DNA of 32,000 nucleotides from Vibrio cholerae ATCC 14035 (GTDB lineage Bacteria; Pseudomonadota; Gammaproteobacteria; Enterobacterales; Vibrionaceae): NCBI RefSeq assembly GCF_000621645.1, contig NZ_JHXR01000023.1, positions 20,491 to 52,490 of the forward strand, read 5' to 3'. Shown piece by piece: positions 27,444 to 32,000 of this stretch (position 1 is its first letter; each line of letters starts with the position of its first letter). The notes under the pieces were generated by a model. It saw only the letters and a program-made list of their open reading frames with translations, ran no database searches and was not told where the DNA came from. The position numbers and the translations under genes were made by a program.

Positions 27444-28274
27444 ATGGAACACAAGATCCGTGAAGAAATGCGCGTACTGCCTTCGATCGATCCACAGTTT
27501 GAAATCGAACGCCGCGTAGCTTTTATTAAGCGTAAGCTCACTGAAGCGCGCTGCAAATCCCTCGTATTGGGCATCAGTGGTGGCGTCGATTCCACAACCT
27601 GTGGTCGCTTGGCTCAACTTGCGGTTGAAGAACTCAACCAGCAACACAATACGACGGAGTACCAATTTATCGCGGTGCGTTTACCTTACGGCGAGCAAAA
27701 AGATGAAGATGAAGCGCAACTCGCCCTCTCCTTTATTCGCCCAACTCACTCGGTTTCCGTCAACATCAAAGCCGGAGTCGATGGTTTGCATGCCGCCTCT
27801 CACCACGCACTGGCGAATACCGGACTTATCCCAAGCGATCCGGCTAAGGTTGATTTCATCAAAGGCAACGTGAAAGCGCGTGCGCGTATGGTCGCGCAGT
27901 ATGAAATTGCCGGCTATGTCGGCGGTTTAGTGCTAGGTACCGATCATTCTGCAGAAAACATCACCGGTTTTTATACCAAGTTTGGAGATGGCGCGTGTGA
28001 CCTCGCCCCACTGTTTGGCCTCAACAAACGCCAAGTACGCTTGCTCGCAAAAACGTTAGGCGCACCTGAACAGTTGGTTTACAAAACCCCTACCGCTGAC
28101 CTTGAAGAGTTAGCACCGCAAAAAGCCGATGAAGCCGCCTTAAACCTGACCTATGAACAGATTGATGATTTCTTGGAAGGTAAAGCCGTACCTGCCGAAG
28201 TTAGCCAGCGTTTAGTGGCGATTTATCACGCAACTCAGCACAAGCGCCAGCCTATTCCGACCATTTACGACTAG
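27444..28274 (+). CDS. nadE: NH3-dependent NAD+ synthetase
   Basis: The ATG at 27444 is preceded by AGGAAAGGAA. The product is 276 aa with the PP-loop motif [10 protein letters not shown], and the length and sequence pattern match NadE. Confidence 0.93.
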   Translation: MEHKIREEMRVLPSIDPQFEIERRVAFIKRKLTEARCKSLVLGISGGVDSTTCGRLAQLAVEELNQQHNTTEYQFIAVRLPYGEQKDEDEAQLALSFIRPTHSVSVNIKAGVDGLHAASHHALANTGLIPSDPAKVDFIKGNVKARARMVAQYEIAGYVGGLVLGTDHSAENITGFYTKFGDGACDLAPLFGLNKRQVRLLAKTLGAPEQLVYKTPTADLEELAPQKADEAALNLTYEQIDDFLEGKAVPAEVSQRLVAIYHATQHKRQPIPTIYD

Positions 28275-28291
28275 ACGCCTTATTGACCTAC

Positions 28292-28320
28292 ATCAAGCCA
28301 AGCCTTTCGCTTGGCTTGAT
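28292..28320 (+). terminator. Stem-loop downstream of nadE (candidate terminator, no U tract)
   Basis: ATCAAGCCAAGC-CTTTC-GCTTGGCTTGAT is a perfect 12-bp stem 18 nt after the nadE stop. Confidence 0.5.
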
Positions 28321-28524
28321 AGTCAAAATATCGCCTTGTCTGACGCAACAAACTCGTTACAAAAAATCACTAAAAATCTTTACTTTTCAGCCCGATAGTG
28401 TGACTCCCACCTGAATAACGAGATCTCATTTATTCCAGCTAGAATTCTGTGAACTCTGCTTCATAATTTTTGCAAATGAAATCCGACAATACATATAACT
28501 TCATTTCAATATAGGGAACATGGG

Positions 28525-29853
28525 ATGCTATATGTAGAATTTCTTTTTCTACTGCTGATGTTGTATATCGGCTCACGATACGGCGGTATCGGGCTTGGGG
28601 TCGTTTCGGGGATTGGTTTGGTTATCGAAGTTTTCGTCTTCAAGATGCCACCGACCTCACCACCGATCACCGTGATGTTAATCATCCTTGCGGTCGTCAC
28701 CTGTGCCTCGATTCTTGAAGCCGCTGGCGGCTTAAAATACATGCTGCAAGTGGCGGAGCGCATGCTGCGCAAAAACCCAAAACGTGTCACGTTAATTGCC
28801 CCTTTTGTCACTTACACCATGACGTTTATGCTGGGTACAGGCCATGCGGTTTACTCGATCATGCCAATCATTGGTGACGTTGCCCTGAAAAATGGCATTC
28901 GTCCTGAGCGCCCGATGGCAGCAGCATCCGTTGCGTCGCAAATCGCCATTACCGCCTCGCCGATTTCGGCTGCCGTGGTCTACTACCTAGCCGAACTCGC
29001 CAATATCAACCACAACATTACCTTGCTCTCTATTTTGATGGTGACGATTCCCGCTACCCTGTTTGGTACGCTTTTAATGTCGCTGTACAGTTTGAGACGC
29101 GGTAAAGAGCTGGATAACGACCCTGAGTACCAAGCAAGACTGCAAGACCCCGTCTGGCGCGAGAAAATCCTCAACACCACCGCCACCTCACTCGATGAAA
29201 CCTTGCCAGCGTCAGCACGTAACTCCGTGCTGCTGTTCATCTCCTCGATTTTAGTGATCGTGGTGATTGCAATGTGGCCGGAGATCCGCACCATTCAAGA
29301 AGGCACTAAGCCAATAGGCATGGACATGGTGATTCAGATGATCATGCTCTGTTTCGGCGGTATCATTTTGCTCGCCACCAAAACAGACCCACGCTCTGTA
29401 CCTAACGGTGTGGTGTTCAAATCTGGCATGGTTGCTGCGATTGCCATCTTCGGTATCGCGTGGATGTCTGACACCTACTTCCAATACGCCATGCCGCAAT
29501 TTAAATCTGGCATCGTGGAGATGGTGACCAACTACCCTTGGACGTTTGCTCTGGCGCTGTTCATTGTGTCTGTGGTGGTGAACTCACAAGCCGCAGTCGC
29601 GCGGATGATGCTCCCTGTTGGTTTAGGGCTAGGTTTAGAACCGGCATTGCTGATTGGCCTGATGCCAGCGCTGTACGGTTACTTCTTTATTCCGAACTAC
29701 CCATCGGATATCGCCACCGTCAACTTCGATAACACAGGGACCACCAAGATCGGTAAGTGGTATTTCAACCACTCCTTTATGGCTGTCGGTCTGATTTCCG
29801 TGATCTCAGCCTGCTGTGTAGGATTTGTGCTCAGCAAAATCATCATCGGCTAA
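28525..29853 (+). CDS. dcuB: Anaerobic C4-dicarboxylate transporter (Dcu family)
   Basis: 442-aa polytopic ORF. The N-terminus MLYVEFLFLLLMLYIGSRYGGIGLG and the blocks NGIRPERPMAAASVASQIAITASPISAAVV and SQAA...MLP match DcuA/DcuB as I recall them, and sit closer to DcuB. Confidence 0.88.
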   Translation: MLYVEFLFLLLMLYIGSRYGGIGLGVVSGIGLVIEVFVFKMPPTSPPITVMLIILAVVTCASILEAAGGLKYMLQVAERMLRKNPKRVTLIAPFVTYTMTFMLGTGHAVYSIMPIIGDVALKNGIRPERPMAAASVASQIAITASPISAAVVYYLAELANINHNITLLSILMVTIPATLFGTLLMSLYSLRRGKELDNDPEYQARLQDPVWREKILNTTATSLDETLPASARNSVLLFISSILVIVVIAMWPEIRTIQEGTKPIGMDMVIQMIMLCFGGIILLATKTDPRSVPNGVVFKSGMVAAIAIFGIAWMSDTYFQYAMPQFKSGIVEMVTNYPWTFALALFIVSVVVNSQAAVARMMLPVGLGLGLEPALLIGLMPALYGYFFIPNYPSDIATVNFDNTGTTKIGKWYFNHSFMAVGLISVISACCVGFVLSKIIIG

Positions 29854-29875
29854 ACAAAGCTTGTCACCAATAGCC

Positions 29876-29905
29876 AAAGAGCCACTGCATGTGGCTCTTT
29901 TTATT
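29876..29905 (+). terminator. Rho-independent terminator of the dcu gene
   Basis: AAAGAGCCAC-TGCAT-GTGGCTCTTT followed by TTATT, 23 nt after the stop. Confidence 0.85.
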
Positions 29906-30042
29906 GACGACCAATCTTCATGCTCTCTCTCCCCAAATGACTTGGCATTGTAGATAGCGGTTGCTACTAATCAATAAAGGCCTCAGAATGGCGGGCTTTG
30001 CGCGGACTTCCCGCGTTATTTGATTACTGTTGAGAATGATAT

Positions 30043-31398
30043 ATGGGTTTTACCTCGCTCGGTCTGTCTGCGCCAATCCTTAAAGCTATTGAAGAGAAAG
30101 GATACAACACGCCTTCACCGATTCAGTTACAGGCTATTCCTGCGGTTTTAGCAGGCAAAGACGTGATGGCCGCAGCTCAAACTGGCACAGGAAAAACGGC
30201 TGGCTTTACGCTACCTATTTTAGAATTGCTGGCAAAAGGGCCAAAAGTTCGCGCCAATCAAGTTCGTGCTTTAATCCTTACCCCAACGCGTGAACTGGCC
30301 GCACAAATCCAAGACAATGTCATGCTCTATGGCCGCCATCTACCGCTCAAGAGCGCGGTTGTGTTTGGTGGTGTGAAAATTAACCCACAAATGCAGCGAA
30401 TGTGTAAAGGTGCGGATATCTTAGTGGCAACCCCAGGCCGCTTAATGGATCTGTATAACCAAAATGCGGTCAAATTTGATCAGTTGGAAATTTTGGTACT
30501 TGACGAAGCAGATCGCATGCTCGACATGGGCTTTATTCGTGACATTCATAAGATACTGAAATTATTGCCTGAAAAGCGCCAAAACCTACTGTTTTCAGCT
30601 ACCTTCTCGACCGAAATCCGTGAGCTTGCCAAAGGCTTGGTGAATAACCCCGTCGAAATTTCAGTCAGCCCAGCCAACTCAACGGCAAGAACCGTTGAGC
30701 AGTGCATTTATCCTGCTGATGTGAAAAAGAAACCGGACATGCTGGTGAAATTGGTCAAAGAGGGGAATTGGCAACAAGTGCTGGTATTTATGCGTACCAA
30801 GCATGGTGCCAACCGCTTAGCGACCTATCTCAACGAGCAAGGTTTAACCGCGGCCGCGATTCACGGCAATAAGAGCCAAGGCGCACGCACCCGAGCACTG
30901 GCGGATTTTAAAGCGGGAGAGGTGCGTATTCTGGTCGCAACAGATATTGCGGCGCGTGGCATTGATATCCCGCAACTGCCTCAAGTGGTGAATTTTGAAT
31001 TGCCGAAAATTGCTGAAGATTACGTGCACCGAATTGGCCGAACAGGCCGAGCAGGTGAAGTCGGTAAAGCGATTTCTTTGGTGAGTGCCATTGAAGCACC
31101 GGAATTATTTGCGATTGAGCGTTTAACGCAAGCCTTACTGCCCCGTGTAAATTTAGCGGGATTTGAGCCGACCAACCAACTCCCTGAGTCAAAATTAGAC
31201 ACTCGACCTTTGAAGCCGAAAAAGCCCAAAAAGCCTAAAAAGGTAGAGGGAGCTGGAGAAAACAAAGGCAGCGTAGCTGAAAACAAACCTAAAGCTGGCC
31301 ACCGAGGCCAGCCTACAGGACAAGCTCGCACAGCGAAAAAAGGCGGCACTCATTCGGAGCCGAAAAAACCGACAAAGCGCCCTGTTAGAAATGGGTAA
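30043..31398 (+). CDS. rhlE: DEAD-box ATP-dependent RNA helicase with a lysine-rich C-terminal tail
   Basis: 451-aa ORF. Q-motif region GYNTPSPIQ, motif [10 protein letters not shown], motif II VLDEAD, SAT, motif [12 protein letters not shown], and a basic tail [10 protein letters not shown]. Confidence 0.93.
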   Translation: MGFTSLGLSAPILKAIEEKGYNTPSPIQLQAIPAVLAGKDVMAAAQTGTGKTAGFTLPILELLAKGPKVRANQVRALILTPTRELAAQIQDNVMLYGRHLPLKSAVVFGGVKINPQMQRMCKGADILVATPGRLMDLYNQNAVKFDQLEILVLDEADRMLDMGFIRDIHKILKLLPEKRQNLLFSATFSTEIRELAKGLVNNPVEISVSPANSTARTVEQCIYPADVKKKPDMLVKLVKEGNWQQVLVFMRTKHGANRLATYLNEQGLTAAAIHGNKSQGARTRALADFKAGEVRILVATDIAARGIDIPQLPQVVNFELPKIAEDYVHRIGRTGRAGEVGKAISLVSAIEAPELFAIERLTQALLPRVNLAGFEPTNQLPESKLDTRPLKPKKPKKPKKVEGAGENKGSVAENKPKAGHRGQPTGQARTAKKGGTHSEPKKPTKRPVRNG

Positions 31399-31495
31399 CT
31401 TCGTTTAAACATTTAAGAAGGGACAGATCCAGTAGTTTGTATCGGCTGCCATCTTCGGTATCTCTTAGATGGCAAACACCTACTTCCACATTTGA

Positions 31496-31771
31496 TTTCT
31501 AAGACACCTAACGGTTAAAGCATGGGTTCTCAGACGAGCAAATGGCATCTGTGAGTGCTGTAATGAACCAGCCCCATTTGAAACGGATGAAGGTAAGCCC
31601 TTCTTAGAAGTTCACCATTTAATTCGACTAATCGATAACGGGAAAGACAAACCAGAAAACTGTGCTGGTGTTTGCCCAAACTGCCATAGAAGGCTGCATA
31701 GTGGTAAAGGTAGGGAAGACCTCACGATTAACTTACTAGCGAAGATTGAAGGAAAAGAAAGCGGCTTATAG
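31496..31771 (+). pseudogene. 5'-truncated McrA-like HNH endonuclease remnant
   Basis: The open frame has no start codon and begins right after a TGA at 31493-31495. It reads FLRHLTVKAWVLRRANGICECCNEPAPFETDEGKPFLEVHHLIRLIDNGKDKPENCAGVCPNCHRRLHSGKG... and aligns with the C-terminal HNH domain of E. coli McrA as I recall it (KAWVIQQANGMCENC...PYLEVHH...CPNCHRELH). The N-terminal region of roughly 180 aa is absent. Confidence 0.75.
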
Positions 31772-31784
31772 CCGCTCTTTTATT
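31760..31784 (+). terminator. Rho-independent terminator overlapping the remnant stop codon
   Basis: AGCGGCT-TAT-AGCCGCT followed by CTTTTATT. Confidence 0.75.
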
Positions 31785-31785
31785 G

Positions 31786-32000
31786 TCATCCCTAAACCAC
31801 CGCTTTTAGCGGTGGTGATTGTCCCTAGGGGCTTTTGCCCGAAAATGCGCCCATGTTAGAAGACAAACTCTTATTCACCATAAGTAAGAGGATTCAAATA
31901 ACATGGGCGACTACAGAAGTTCATCACACGTCTATTGGCGTTGCAAATATCATATCGTTTGGACACCAAAATTTCGTTTTAAGATCTTAAAAGGTAATGT
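31786..32000 (+). mobile_element. Left end of an IS200/IS605-family element (IS1004-like), continues beyond the window
   Basis: Subterminal hairpin ACCACCGC-TTTTA-GCGGTGGT at 31796-31816, plus a second small hairpin GGGC-TTTT-GCCC, lie upstream of a Y1-transposase start. The exact left boundary is not determinable from one copy. Confidence 0.7.
31903..32000 (+). CDS. tnpA: IS200-family Y1 transposase TnpA, N-terminal part only
   Basis: The ATG at 31903 has AAGAGG upstream. MGDYRSSSHVYWRCKYHIVWTPKFRFKILKGN matches the IS200 TnpA N-terminus pattern MGD..S..H..W.CKYHIV..PK.R. Confidence 0.85.
   Translation, partial: MGDYRSSSHVYWRCKYHIVWTPKFRFKILKGN

Noticed and set aside
27338-27665. 85- and 87-aa minus-strand ORFs across the nadE 5' region
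   Set aside because: They are antisense to the well-supported nadE start and cover the divergent promoter region.
28400-28524. Possible CRP or FNR sites upstream of dcuB (for example TGTGAACTCTGCTTCA)
   Set aside because: Only one half-site matches the TGTGA-N6-TCACA consensus, and I found no TTGAT-N4-ATCAA. This is too weak to report as a feature.
31213-31242. Tandem 9-nt repeats (AAGCCNAAA x3) encoding [10 protein letters not shown] in the rhlE tail
   Set aside because: The repeat is real but is ordinary low-complexity coding for the basic C-terminal extension common in RhlE-type helicases. It is not an independent element.

Overview
The proteins identify this window as Vibrio cholerae small-chromosome DNA. 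From memory it corresponds to N16961 loci VCA0230 down to about VCA0202, read in descending order; I could not run a search to confirm this.

Gene content, left to right:
- The catechol-siderophore ABC importer vctPDGC on the minus strand (vctC cut by the window edge), with a Fur box.
- An orphan class-II glutamine amidotransferase.
- The secreted-enzyme cluster: prtV (M6 metalloprotease), lipA/lipB (lipase and its foldase), hlyB (MCP), hlyA (cytolysin) and lec (GDSL lecithinase / thermolabile hemolysin).
- A membrane GGDEF cyclase, a small membrane ORF and a Bcr-type MFS pump.
- A lysine riboswitch driving an NhaC-family transporter.
- A periplasmic binding-protein gene, a sensor kinase and a REC/HD-GYP response regulator.
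- A short NadD-like adenylyltransferase divergent from nadE, then dcuB and rhlE.
- A 5'-truncated McrA-like HNH remnant and the left end of an IS200-family element (IS1004-like) running off the window.

Main observations:
1. hlyA is split by a frameshift whose geometry fits the classical-biotype 11-bp deletion.
2. At least six or seven ERIC/IRU palindromic repeat copies lie in intergenic DNA. One carries a structured 70-bp insert, one is internally deleted, several are piled up between hlyA and lec, and one sits directly against the RBS of the binding-protein gene.
3. The binding protein, kinase and HD-GYP regulator look like a three-part signalling module whose input and wiring, as far as I know, are not described.
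4. A small secreted ORF upstream of prtV mimics the PrtV N-terminal pro-region motif.
5. The sequence exactly matches the 17-bp HlyU operator I recall, and that site sits inside a 15-bp tandem duplication.

I saw no CRISPR array, integron VCR, tRNA or rRNA.
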